Below, in pieces: positions 37,989-50,348 of a stretch of 64,000 nucleotides of DNA. The notes below the pieces were generated by a model. It made no database searches. It saw only the letters and a list, made by a program, of their open reading frames with translations, and was not told the DNA's origin. The stretch lies in assembly GCF_009914755.1 (NCBI RefSeq), contig NC_060930.1. One strand, given 5' to 3'. The translations under genes were made by a program, and so were the position numbers. Source of the stretch: the human T2T-CHM13v2.0 reference genome, Homo sapiens. Positions within the stretch are counted from its first letter, which is position 1. Every line of letters begins with the position of its first letter.

Positions 37989-39367
37989 CTCAGCATTTGG
38001 TAAACTTCAACATGAAAGGAGCTTTGTTCTTTGACTCTAGAAAAATTCTTCTCTATTTCTTTGATAATTTCTCCTTTTTATTTATCTCTTCTGTCTCCTT
38101 ATTGCAACATTTTAATTCTCGTTTGGACTTCCATGATTAAGCCTTTCTGATTTTATTTTTTCTGTCATATTTCCTATCTTACTTTTTGTTTTTGAATATT
38201 TTGTTCAATTTTGGCTTCCAGCACTTCTATTATTTTATTGATCATATTTTTAATTTTTAATAGGTCTTTGTTAGCCTCTGGGTCACGTTCATATTTTACA
38301 ATTTTTTATTTTCTGGATGCAATCGCTTCTTGAATCTCTCTCTGAATACTAATTTTGTTTGTATTTTCTAAATTACCCATGTTGTGTGATGTCTGCTTTT
38401 CTGTTTCTCTACCTTTGACTTTCTTTTCAAGGCTCACATAGTTAGGCGTGCGTCTCCTTCTCATGTCCCTCTTAAACTCCACAGAGGTGACAGCAAGTCC
38501 AGCTCTGAGGGACAGGCCTTCTCCCCTCCTTTTCTTTGATCATCATCAGAGGTTCCTAAAGTACACAATTTAGTCAATTACTACGTATCGCATAACCGTT
38601 ACAGTTATAATTTGGAATACTACATAGCAATGAAGAAAATGTTTATAAGATGCCAAGTGCCAGGAAGAAGAAACCGCATGTAAAATTGTAACTACATTAT
38701 GACTATAAGTACATGTAAAGCGTGCATGCCTGTCAGCAGGGTCCATTTAGAGGCATAAGAGAATTGAAACATTTTTTTTTGTAAGTTTACTGTGGCTGTG
38801 GGTCACTTTCTCTATTGAGTTAAGTTACTTTCTTGTTGATCAATTTACTTGTGCAGTAAGCCAACATTAATACACACACGATTTATCAAATTAGAAAACT
38901 TCCTTCTCCCCAATCAGATTGGCAGAGATCAAAAAGAATAACCATAATAATAACACTCATTGCTAGGGAGGAAATGTACCCTCTTGCAACAGACTGCTAG
39001 TGGGACTGCAAATCAGGAGAAAATTCCTAGAGGGCAATTCCGCAGAACGGTCAAAAGCCTTAAAATGAACATGCTCCGTGATTCACTTCTAGCAATGTAT
39101 TCTAAAGAACCAATCAGCGGAACATTCTAAGATGACTCTATAAGGCTGCTTATTTGAACACTCTTTATAACTGCAAAATTTGGAAGCAATCTATGTAAGT
39201 ACTTGGTTGAATAAATCATGATATATATGTAGAATAAATGAGATTATTAAAACTGGTGCTCCAGAGAGTGATTTTTGGTCTTTAACCACTGTTTATAAGG
39301 ATACAACGTCATTAAATAAATAAATAAATAAACATTACTGTTGGTTAAATATTAGCCATTAAACACC

Positions 39368-39713
39368 TGATATGTTTAGGCTTTGTGGCCCCACCCAAAC
39401 CTCATCTTGACTTGTAATCCCCAGGTGTTGGTGGGAGGTGATTGGATCATGGGGTTTCCCCCATGCTGTTTTCATGATAGTGAGTGGGTTCTCACAAGAG
39501 CTGATGGTTTTATAAGTGGCTGGAAGTTCCTTCATTAACTCTTCTCTCCCCTGCCACCTTGTGAAGAAAGGGCTGCTTCCCCTTCCATCATGATCGTAAG
39601 TTTCCTGAGGCCTCCCCAGCCATGTGGAACTGTGAGTCAATTAAATCTCTTTTGTTTATAAATTACCCAGTCTTGGGTAGTATCTTTATAGCAGTGTAAA
39701 AACAGACTAATAC
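39368..39713 (+). mobile_element. THE1-type MaLR LTR
   Basis: TGATATGTTTAGGCTTTGTG…CCTGAGGCCTCCCCAGCCATGTGGAACTGTGAGTCAATTAAA…GACTAATAC. Confidence 0.9.
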
Positions 39714-39869
39714 CACATCAATAGCAAACTTCTTGAAAATACCGAGCTCCAACTAAGCAGTGTGCTATGGACTGGAATCGTCCAATGACCTCTCAGCCCT
39801 GGGTCACCAGGAGCCCTTGTTCTGCCTGCTCCACTGCAGGGATCCCCAACAGGCCCTCCTGCTCCTGTG

Positions 39870-40800
39870 CTTTCCCCAACATGGCCTGTTTTGAACACAA
39901 CAGTGGGTGTCAGACCTTGTCACTTCTCTGCTCAAAACCCTGGCATGGCCCCCAGCTTCACGCAGAGAAAAGCTGTAGGTTATGATGGCCCTTGAGACCC
40001 TCTTCCTTCGGACCCCTTCTCCTCCCCTTGTCTCATCTCACTCCCTGCATCTGCTGTTTCTCAGATGCCCGAGACCTTTGCACATGCTGTGCCCTCTTCT
40101 GGGAGGGCTCCCGTCCACCCTGCAGCCTTCTGAGCCCTCCCTCCATGCTGTGCCCTCTCACCTCCATGCTGTGCCCTCTCACCTCCATACTGTGCCCTCT
40201 TCTGGGAGGGCTCCCATCCACCCTGCAGCTTCCTGAGCCCTCCCTCCATGCTGTGCCCTCTCACCTCCATGCTGTGCCCTCTTCTGGGAGGGCTCCCATC
40301 CACTCTGTGCCTCCTGAGCCCTCCCTCCATGCGGTACCCTCTCACCTCCATGCTGTGCCCTATCACCTCCATGCTGTGCCCTCTTCTGGGAGGGCTCCTG
40401 TCCACCCTGCAGCCTCCTGAGCCCTCCCTCCATGCTGTGCTCTCTCACTTCCATGCTGTGCCCTCTTCTGGGAGGGCTCCCGTCCACCCTGCAGCCTCCT
40501 GAGCCCTCCCTCCATGCTGTGCCCTCTCAGCTCCATGCTGTGCCCTCTTCTGGGAGGGTTCCCGTCCACTCTGCAGCCTCCTGAGCCCTCGCCTGCACTG
40601 TTGTTTTCACAGCACATTATCTCCTCGCATACTTCATAGTTTGCCTTTTTAAAATGATGATTACTCCTTGTTTGTCCTTCCCCACTAGACTGTAAGAGTG
40701 GTGCGATTAGAGACCTTTAGTTTTTTTACTGGTGTATTTTAGACACTTAGAACAATATACCTGGTTTGAGGTAGCTGTCTAGTAATACTTGCTGCATAAA
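39870..40800 (+). mobile_element. L2 fragment interrupted by a VNTR
   Basis: GTCACTTCTCTGCTCAAAACCCT…CCTTTGCACATGCTGT before the array; CCCCACTAGACTGTAAG…TACTTGCTGCATAAA after it. Confidence 0.7.
40083..40590. repeat. Composite VNTR (61-bp unit plus one or two 21-bp subunits; 82/103-bp period), 6 copies
   Basis: Shared core CCATGCTGTGCCCTC; TTCTGGGAGGG recurs near 40097, 40200, 40282, 40384, 40466 and 40548. Confidence 0.93.
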
Positions 40801-42765
40801 GACATGGTAATTGGTTCGTCATTGAGCTCAAAGAACAATTAAAAACTGCACCATGGTCTTTTAAATCATCTCCTGTGTTGCATAATTTTTTAAATATTAT
40901 GAAGTGTTTTTATTACAAAATAATATACAATATGCAATAGATATTAAGGAAAATTTGATGTCTTCTCTCCGTCGTCCTTGAGTCAAGTCTTCCTTACATA
41001 TTTTATTGTGTAGTCTTTCACAAATCTATCTCTCTCTCTATCTACCTATTATCTATCACTTCTGTACTCACACTATACACTCATACTGTACATATAACTC
41101 TATAGTTTCATCTTTTAATAAAAAATAAACATTTTAATAAAAAATCATAAACTTTTAATAAAAAGTTTTCTTACGTGATATACTTCAATCATTTTTCTAC
41201 TGATGAACATTCAGTTGCTGGTTTTTTCCCACTATGTATAGCAATGCTACCAAGCACATACGTATCGCCTTAGTGCCGTCGGTTTTATTGCCATAGGCTG
41301 TATTCTCTAAGATGGGATTCCTGATGTCAGTGGGCATGTGTAGTTTTATTTTATTATTGTGCAATTATTTCTTATTGTTGCCATAACAAGCAATGTGTTA
41401 TAGGGCTAACTCCACACCCAATATGTTGCTGACACCAATGTCATCATTTTACAATTTTTTCCCCTGGATTTGAGTCGTAAATAAATGGCATCTCAGTATT
41501 TATTCAGCATGCGGTGCCGTGACTTGCAGTGAGTTTGAGCACCTTTCCGTGTGTACGTCAGCAAGCTCTGTGTCTTTCACTGGGAATCGTGTACACATAT
41601 CATTTTTTTCATTGTTTAAATCTTATTAATTTGTGCGATCTTGTTATAGATGCAGGTTACTGCCAGTTTCCTGCCATGTGTGTTACACATATTTTCCCCC
41701 AATCTATCTTTTTCCACAGCTTTGTGGTAACTTTGACTTATCAGCATGTAATTCTTTTCCTTTTTTTAATGTGTTTCATAACTCCTGTGCCATTGTAAAG
41801 TTTTCTCCCATTTCAACATGAAGGCAATACTTTGGTACATTTTATTCTGATATTACACACATTCTAATATTAAATGTATATCTCTCATTCACCCAGAATT
41901 TCTTTTTGCATGTGGTATGATGTAGGAGTCTAGCATCTTTCCCATGTGGTTGATTATTCTGGCACCGTGGCACTGGCTAAATGGACTCCCCATCCCTGCT
42001 GCTTTGACCTGCTCTCAATATTGCACAACGCTTGCATGCCTGGCACTGTCCTTGGATTCTGCAGCCTCTGCTGCTGACCCGTTTCATCTCTCCTCATACT
42101 GATCACTCACTCTGGCATCTCAGGATGGCATTCACTAAAGTACACGGATATTGTTGACATGGAAAATTGTTCATAATTTTTTTTAGGACAAAAGACCAGA
42201 TTAGAAAACATTGGCTTAATTAAAAATTGTGCATGTGTGTGCATGTGTGTGTGTGTGCGTGTGGTGTACGTGGGTATTTTGTGCATAGAAAGGTGTGAAA
42301 CATTACACATTTACAACGTTAATACTAGTTACATATGGGTAAATCATTAAAGCATTAAATGTGTCGTTAAATCAAAAGTTTAACAATTAGTGACTCTCCT
42401 TGAGGTATAAAATAAAGCCACCAACTTCATCTAGTCTTCAGGCCTCACATCTGTGAGTAGTCAAGAGAAATTTTAAAGTGGGAGAAATTATAGGTACTCC
42501 TCATCTAAAACTCGATAAACACTATAGCAGCTTATTTAGTTTTATTAAAGGAAATGGCTGTTAATAAAGTTACAGCAAATATATGTGACTTCTCTGCATG
42601 ACGAAGCAACCATATGAAGTTCATAATTATATGACTGCTAAAGGCACATTGGGATTATGCTGGTAGGTGCTGCCTAAGTTCATCAGTCAGCAGATGACTT
42701 TCCTTTATGTATAAAAGAATCTCATAAAATATTATCAGAAGCTCATAATTTCCCCCCTGTAGACT

Positions 42766-42860
42766 TCGTGGTAGGACTTTGGCGTGTCTACGGTTCAGGT
42801 GGTGGCGGTTACGTCGTGGTAAGACTTCGGCGTGTCTATGGCTCAGGTGGTGGTGGTTAC
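42766..42860. repeat. 48-bp tandem duplication
   Basis: TCGTGGTA(G/A)GACTT(T/C)GGCGTGTCTA(C/T)GG(T/C)TCAGGTGGTGG(C/T)GGTTAC x2, at 42766 and 42814. Confidence 0.85.
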
Positions 42861-44218
42861 TGTCATTTGGCTCCATCTTCGTTTGGTTCCCAGGCATGGA
42901 GTTCTGTTGCATGCAGCTGTTCGTTGAGAACAATGGGAGTTGCCTCCCTGTAGGGCGAGGAGAAGCTGCTAATGGATTGTGTAATTCACAGCTCCACGTG
43001 ATTCCAACTACCTGCTTAAGAAGGGGAATGAGAGCTCTGCCTTAAGGCGGTGACATGTAAATGGTACAAGCTGTGAAACGTACTCAGAGATGGAGCCCCC
43101 GTGCACCTCTGCCAGCAGGACTCTCAACACACACGCTTCTCCGTGGGCTGCTTGAGGCTGGTGACATTTCAGTTGTCTGATGTGCCCCACATTTGATATA
43201 ATAGAGATGTTAAATATAATGGATGTTTTACTTTGTTTTGCAAAACTAAAAGGATGATTTACTAAGTCTGAAGTCATGTTTAAACCATTACTTTTGTATG
43301 AGTTTCCCAAGGTATCTTAATGTTTATGAGGTGACTGATGAATTTTACATAGTTTAGTTTTTCAGTATAAACTGTAGATTTAAAGATTTGGGAGTAAAAC
43401 TTGCCATCATCCTGTCTCTAGAGAGCAGCAAAAAGATGGGACATTTGCACAAGAAGTTCCACTGAACTTCAAAGAAATTTCCCCCAAGAAAGGAGGGGGT
43501 CACTCCCGTGGATTAGTATTAAGATTGAACTTTTTTGACGTGTTATATATTTGTACACCTTCTCTGGTATTATCTGTTTAAATATTTATCAAAAATTTAC
43601 TCAAGATATTTATTATTGGTATGTAAGAGCTCTGTATTAAAGTTACGGGAGAGGATGTCAAAAATAACATGAAATAGAGGAAATCTGTGGCCACTCAATG
43701 CAAGGGGTAGAGCTCAGTAATGTGTGAGGTCACTAGCAATAGAAAATTAGCACCAAAATCTTGTTCATTGTGAGGACCCTAAGTGATTGAGAGGAAATTA
43801 AAATACAGAAGGAATAATTTCTTTACATGTGAATTATGTATTTTAGAAGGAAGCTTATTGAAGTTCATGGAGATAAAAACGAGCGTTGATGCTTAGGCCA
43901 GGGAAGGCAGTGCCTTCCAGTGGTCTGAGCAGCTGCAGGAGAGACACAGACCACAGGTTCACTTGCAGATGCACACACACCCCACAGGGGGCAGCAAGTC
44001 CGGAAAGTAGCACACGCTGTTTCCACCATTTTTATTTTATATAAACTGCAATACCATTAACAAGCAGACACTCAGTTATGACTACAAAGTAAAGATACAC
44101 CTTAATCTTTGAGAAATAATAAACTTTGGGGGAATATATGTAATTGTACAAGTGTAACTGTTAAATAATTTTGTATCGGATTAAATGAATATTTATTCTA
44201 CTGTTGGCGTATACCTGG

Positions 44219-44619
44219 TGTTATTAGTCCATTCTCGCATTGCTATCAAGAAATACCTGAGGCTGGGTAATTTTTAAGGAAAAGAGGTTTAGTTTATAAG
44301 GAAAAGAAGAGGTTTCCTCCACAGGCTATGCAGGAGGCATGGTGGCGTCTGCTTCCGGGGAGGCTTTAGGGAGCTTTCATTCATGGTGGAAGGCAAAGCC
44401 GGAGCAGGACCTAGAGATAGAGGCAGGAAGTGCCGCGCCCTTTAAACAGCCAGATCTCCTGAGAACTCCCTCAAGAGAACAGCATGGAGGGGAGGGCGCT
44501 AAAGAATTCATGGAAGATCCACCCCCCTGATCCAGCTCCTCCCACCAGCCCCACCTCCAACACTGGGGGTTACACTTGAATGTGAGATTTGGGCGGAGAC
44601 ACAGACCCACACCATATCG
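44219..44619 (-). mobile_element. MST-type MaLR solo LTR
   Basis: TATTAGTCCATTCTCGCATTGCTAT…GAGATTTGGGCGGAGACACAGACCCACACCATATC; TSD CCTGG/CCTAG. Confidence 0.88.
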
Positions 44620-45079
44620 CCTAGCATGGGAGTTTGGTGATTATTCTCGTGTATACTTTAGATCATATAATTAAAAGAAGCAGTTATGTTAACTCTCTCT
44701 ACCTCTGAACTAAGTAATTCAGGAATATTTATGGTGTATAGTCCTCATACCTTAGTTCCAACCACCACCGTTCTTAGGCGCGCATCCTCGCTGTGGTCTG
44801 TGGGGTGGGCCTGCGCAGGTGGCTCCCACTGAATGGGAGGGGGACGCTCACTGTTCCTCATCGTCTGTAACTGTTCTGTGGCCTTACATGGCTTCTGCAT
44901 TCCGCTTGCAAAAAACCCTGCTGACTGACTGAAGAAATAAGATGATTTAGAGGTTAGGAGACCTTTCTACAATTACACAACAAGATTAATGATAATTGCT
45001 ATGGAACTGCTCCAAGCAATGCTTATCTCTTAGGGCAAAGGTAGAGAATAAAGCAAAGGACCATACCTTTAGACATAAA

Positions 45080-45560
45080 GCCCAGAGTGTATTGCAGACT
45101 TGCACACAGTTTCCCTGCCCAGAGTGTATTGCAGACGAGCACACAGGTTCCCTGCCCAGAGTGTATTGCAGACGAGCACACAGGTTCCCTGCCTAGACTG
45201 CATTGCAGATGAGCACACAGGTTCCCTGCCCAGAGTGCATTGCAGACTTGCACACAGGTTCCCTGCCCAGAGTGCATTGCAGACTAGCACACAGGTTCCC
45301 TGCCCAGAGTGCATTGCAGACTAGCACACAGGTTCCCTGCCCAGAGTGCATTGCAGACTTGCACACAGGTTCCCTGCCCAGAGTGCATTGCAGACTAGCA
45401 CACAGGTTCCCTACCCAGAGTGCATTGCAGACTTGCACACAGGTTCCCTACCCAGAGTGCATTGCAGACTTGCACACAGGTTCCCTACCCAGAGTGCATT
45501 GCAGATGAGCACACAGGTTCCCTGCCCAGAGTGCATTGCAGACGAGCACACAGGTTCCCT
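45080..45560. repeat. VNTR, 37-bp unit, exactly 13 copies
   Basis: Unit GCCCAGAGTGCATTGCAGACTTGCACACAGGTTCCCT; 481 bp = 13 x 37. Confidence 0.97.
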
Positions 45561-46299
45561 TGAGTGAAATTTGGTATGAAGACGCGTCCAATTGCTTTGA
45601 AAAGGTGAGATTGCAATCTGCAAATTATCTGGAAAAAAATAATATAAAATGAAAAGAAAGACTTCAAAAGAGGACTTGTGGGTCTTTTTATGTTTGTTTT
45701 TTACTTATTCTATGGGGCAAACTATTCAAACGAGCATGGATGACATTGATTTTCTTAGGATCTTTCTGTAATTTAGTTCTTGACCTGATAGCAAAGGAGG
45801 ACTGAGAGCGTTTTCACCTCTTCATTTGCCCCAGCTGTGAGTCCCCAAATGTCCAAAGTATGGCCTTGACAGAGAACTCACAAGCACAAACAAAACAGGC
45901 AAACAAACAGAAAACAGCAGGTTGATGTTGTACACGGACCCAACCCATCTGATTATTACCATTTGCTAGGCTCTGTTCAGGATATGTCAGTTCCAAGAAT
46001 AACAAGAGGGAGGGGAAGGGTATCGCGTCTTTCCACAACCTGCTTTTACCAGGCTGCAGACAGAATTCTGACACGTGGAGACACCCGTTAGCAAGTAGGC
46101 ACAGACCTGTCACCCACATGTTTCTGGTGCATTCCTTCCTGTCACCGCCCCCACCACCTCCTAACATGTCCTGCCATGCAGTATTGTAGGTTAGTTGGCC
46201 TCTTGGTGAGTTTTCTATAAATGACACCATGCTGTCTTTTGTATCTAGCTTCTTTTGTTCAATATTATGTTTGAGCCACACCCATGGTATGCCACGTAG

Positions 46300-46607
<308 letters not shown>

Positions 46608-46859
46608 ATTTCCTTCATTTTTACTGCTGCATGTAGTAGCAGCATGTAACTATATCCCTGGGGATATAGTTAAGTTTAGCAGCAGAATGAATAATAATAT
46701 ATCCTCATGAACATAGGTACAGTTTATCCACTCTGCTACTAACACAAGATCCAGTTGTTTCCTCTTTCGGCTGTTGCTGCCCTGACACTTGCACATTTCT
46801 TTTAGTTGGATATACACGGAAGTGGAATTGCTGGATCATAGATTATGCATATTTGTGAT

Positions 46860-47470
46860 TTGTTTGCTTTTTCATTTAAGCATATGGTGAAATGGACAAA
46901 TCATAACGATACAGTCTAATGAGTTTTGACTGTTGTATACACCCGTGTAACTCACACATATATGGAGTCAGGGAAGAGCATTTCTATAGCTCATACATTT
47001 TCTTTGGCCCAGTCCCCAAGCATTCACTGTTGGTATTTCTAGCACCCTAAGTTAGCCCTGCCTGTTCCAGAACTTTTGACATTTGTCCATCTTACAGGAA
47101 TCATCCTTCCCTCCTTTTGAGGGTGATACTGTAACCGCTTTTGTCTGTTGACCAGTGGATGGGCATTTGGGTTATTTCTAGTCTGTGGCTGTTATAGACG
47201 AACTCTCCTGATTCTTCTTGTATGAGACGTTTTGTGGACATGTGTTTTCATTTCTCTTGGAAATGGGTAGATATCTTGGGGTGGAGTGGCTAGGTCATAG
47301 GGTAGACAGATGCTTAATGTTTTAAGAAACTGCCAGTTTTCAGAGTGGCTGTGCATTGCATATCCAACCAGCAGTGTGCAGGAGCCCCTGTCAGTCCACA
47401 TCCCACTAGCACCTGGTGTTGTCTGTCTGTTTCGTGGTAGCCATTCCAGAAGGTGCATGAAGTTGCATAT
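46860..47470 (-). mobile_element. L1MB/MC 3'-end fragment
   Basis: TGGATGGGCATTTGGGTTATTTCTAG…GGAGTGGCTAGGTCATAGGGTAG…AGAAACTGCCAG. Confidence 0.7.
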
Positions 47471-48940
47471 TCTTTTCGTGCAGCCCAAGGACTCTAAGAG
47501 CCAGAGTGTGCAGCTAAGCCTCAGTTTGAACTGGCCTGCTGGTCCTGAGGGTCCAGGCAGAGGCACTGTGGCCCTCTGTGTTCCTTTGCCACCTTGTTTT
47601 CCCAGGATGTGAGTGGGGATCTGGTTCCAGTGGCCGCCATCCTTTCCTGCACCAGCACCCCACACACATGCACACTGCTGCATCCTCAGTAATGAGGGTG
47701 AGGTGAACCTTGCTTTTTTCTCTGCTTTACCAGTTAAACACAAAGATTATGTGTGACCTCTGGCCACTTACTTGCTGTCTGTGCATCAGTTTCATTATTT
47801 GCACAGTGAGGGTACTAACAGAAGTTATCACCAACAAAAATCGCAGAAATACAGGAGCTCAGACATGAAGCAACTAGAACAATGTTAGATATCTTGCAAG
47901 TACTCAGACTGCATTAGCTAGTGCTAGTCATGTGCATGCTTCTTACTGAAGAAAACGGAAAGCATGTAGCATTTCAGTTAAGTTTCATTTGCATTTAAGT
48001 TTCACACCTACATTCAGCATTCTGTCCACACAGATCAAAGATGCTGAAGATAACAGAAAATTTCCAGCATATGCTGGAAGGAATGGGGAGCTAAGAGAAA
48101 AAACAAGATTCACAAATACTAACCAGTTTAGCTAGAAATATGATATAAAAGAGGATATCCAAATATGTAGTAATTCAGTACACAATAAAATAATAACATT
48201 ATCTTAGTGAATTATAGTTAAGAAAAAAATATAAATCATATAAGAATATTTTAGGAAATACAGATTTTAGGTTTCATTGGGGAAATATGATTGTTTTCCT
48301 TTTTAAATTATATTGTGCACATATGTGGTTGTGTTTGATATTTTAAAGTTTTTAAAAACATTTTAATAGATTTTGTAATTACAACCATTGGAGAGTGTAA
48401 ATAGAAATGTGTGTAAAATATTTTCTGATGTGAAGAAAGCATGTCAGAGTCATGCTTTTTTTTTTTTTTTTTTTTTTTGGAGGATAGGGGAAAGGAAAAC
48501 AAGAATGTAGAAGAAAGGCATAGGTTTTACAGGTAAACATGGTCTAAAAGTTATCCATGTAAAACCTAAATCCATTTCAGTGTTATAACCAGAATCTGCC
48601 CAATGTGTAGTAAAATTCCACCTAATAATAATATATATTTCACAATTGCTAAAAGAGTAGATTTTAAATCTTCTTACCACAAAAACAGTACATATGTGAG
48701 GTGGTGAATATGTTAATTAGCTTGATTTAATTATCCCACCATGTAAACATGTATCAACACACCACATTGTACATGGCTATATGCAATTTTATGTGATCTG
48801 CCAATTAAACAAAAGTTGAATGGAAAATAAAATCCAAATTAATTTTACAGAGTGTGTTTCAGTATTAGACACGTGTTTTACATTAGACTGAACCATGTGA
48901 AGTTGCTGTTTTTTTTTTTTTAATTTAACAAGGTTGAATA

Positions 48941-49314
<374 letters not shown>

Positions 49315-49987
49315 TTACACATGAATGCCAACTTTATTAAGTTCCTCATAAAATAAGGAGGGGTATAAATAACTGGGTCAATAATAAATACTTAGTAAAT
49401 GAAAAAAATGACATTTTCTTAAGCAAAGAGAAGGGGAAATTTAAACAGAATCCACGGAGATTTCAAAGAATGGTTGGCAGAAACCGAGGGTGACTGGGAA
49501 GTAAGCAAACAGCCTCCAGAGGAAGAAGTGTTTTGGTATCTTTACCAATATTTACCATCACTGGAAAGATTCCTATTTGCAAAACTCCCCGCAGGAAGGT
49601 ATTTTCTGGGAGCATCAGCCCGGAACTGGAGTGGGGTGAGTGTTGGGAACCGGGTTTGTCATTGCTCTGTGGTGTGAACAGACAGGATTCCCAGCCCCAG
49701 ACAGGATTCCCAGCCCAAACCTAAATGTGAACTAGACTCACCTGTTTGTTCATACATTTAATCTATTACAACAAAAAACGTACTGTTTTCTTGCCATTAC
49801 AAAAGTAATACATGCTTATTATAGAACAATTGGAAAAAACAAAAGAAAGAAAAAGAAACAGTTTTCACAATCTCACCTTCCAGAGTCACATTTCTACAAC
49901 CCTGTTTAGGGTGCATTTCTATCTTTTGGGGGCCTTATATTTTATGTTAAAAATGAAATTACATAGTGCACACAGTGCATTTACACC

Positions 49988-50348
49988 TCTATAGGTGTGT
50001 TTTCACACTGTTATAAAGAAATTCCCGAGACTGGGTAATTTATGAAGGAGAGAGGTTTAATTGACTCACAGTTCCGCATGGCTGGGGAGGCCTCAGGAAA
50101 CTTAACGATCATGGTGGAAGATGAAGGGGAAGCAAGGAGCTTCTTCACATGGCAGCAGGAGAGAGAAGTACAAGCAGGGGAAATGCTAGATGCTTATAAA
50201 ACCATCAGATCTTGTGAGAACTTACTCATTATCACGAGACCACCATGGGGGAGACTGCCCCCATGACCCAGTCACCTCCCTCCCTCGACACGGGGGGATT
50301 ACCATTCGAGATGAGATTTGGGTGGGGACACAGAGCCACACTACATCA
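49988..50348 (-). mobile_element. THE1-type MaLR LTR
   Basis: GAGACTGGGTAATTTAT…TTAATTGACTCACAGTTCCGCATGGCTGGGGAGGCCTCAGGAAACTTA…GAGATTTGGGTGGGGACACAG. Confidence 0.9.
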
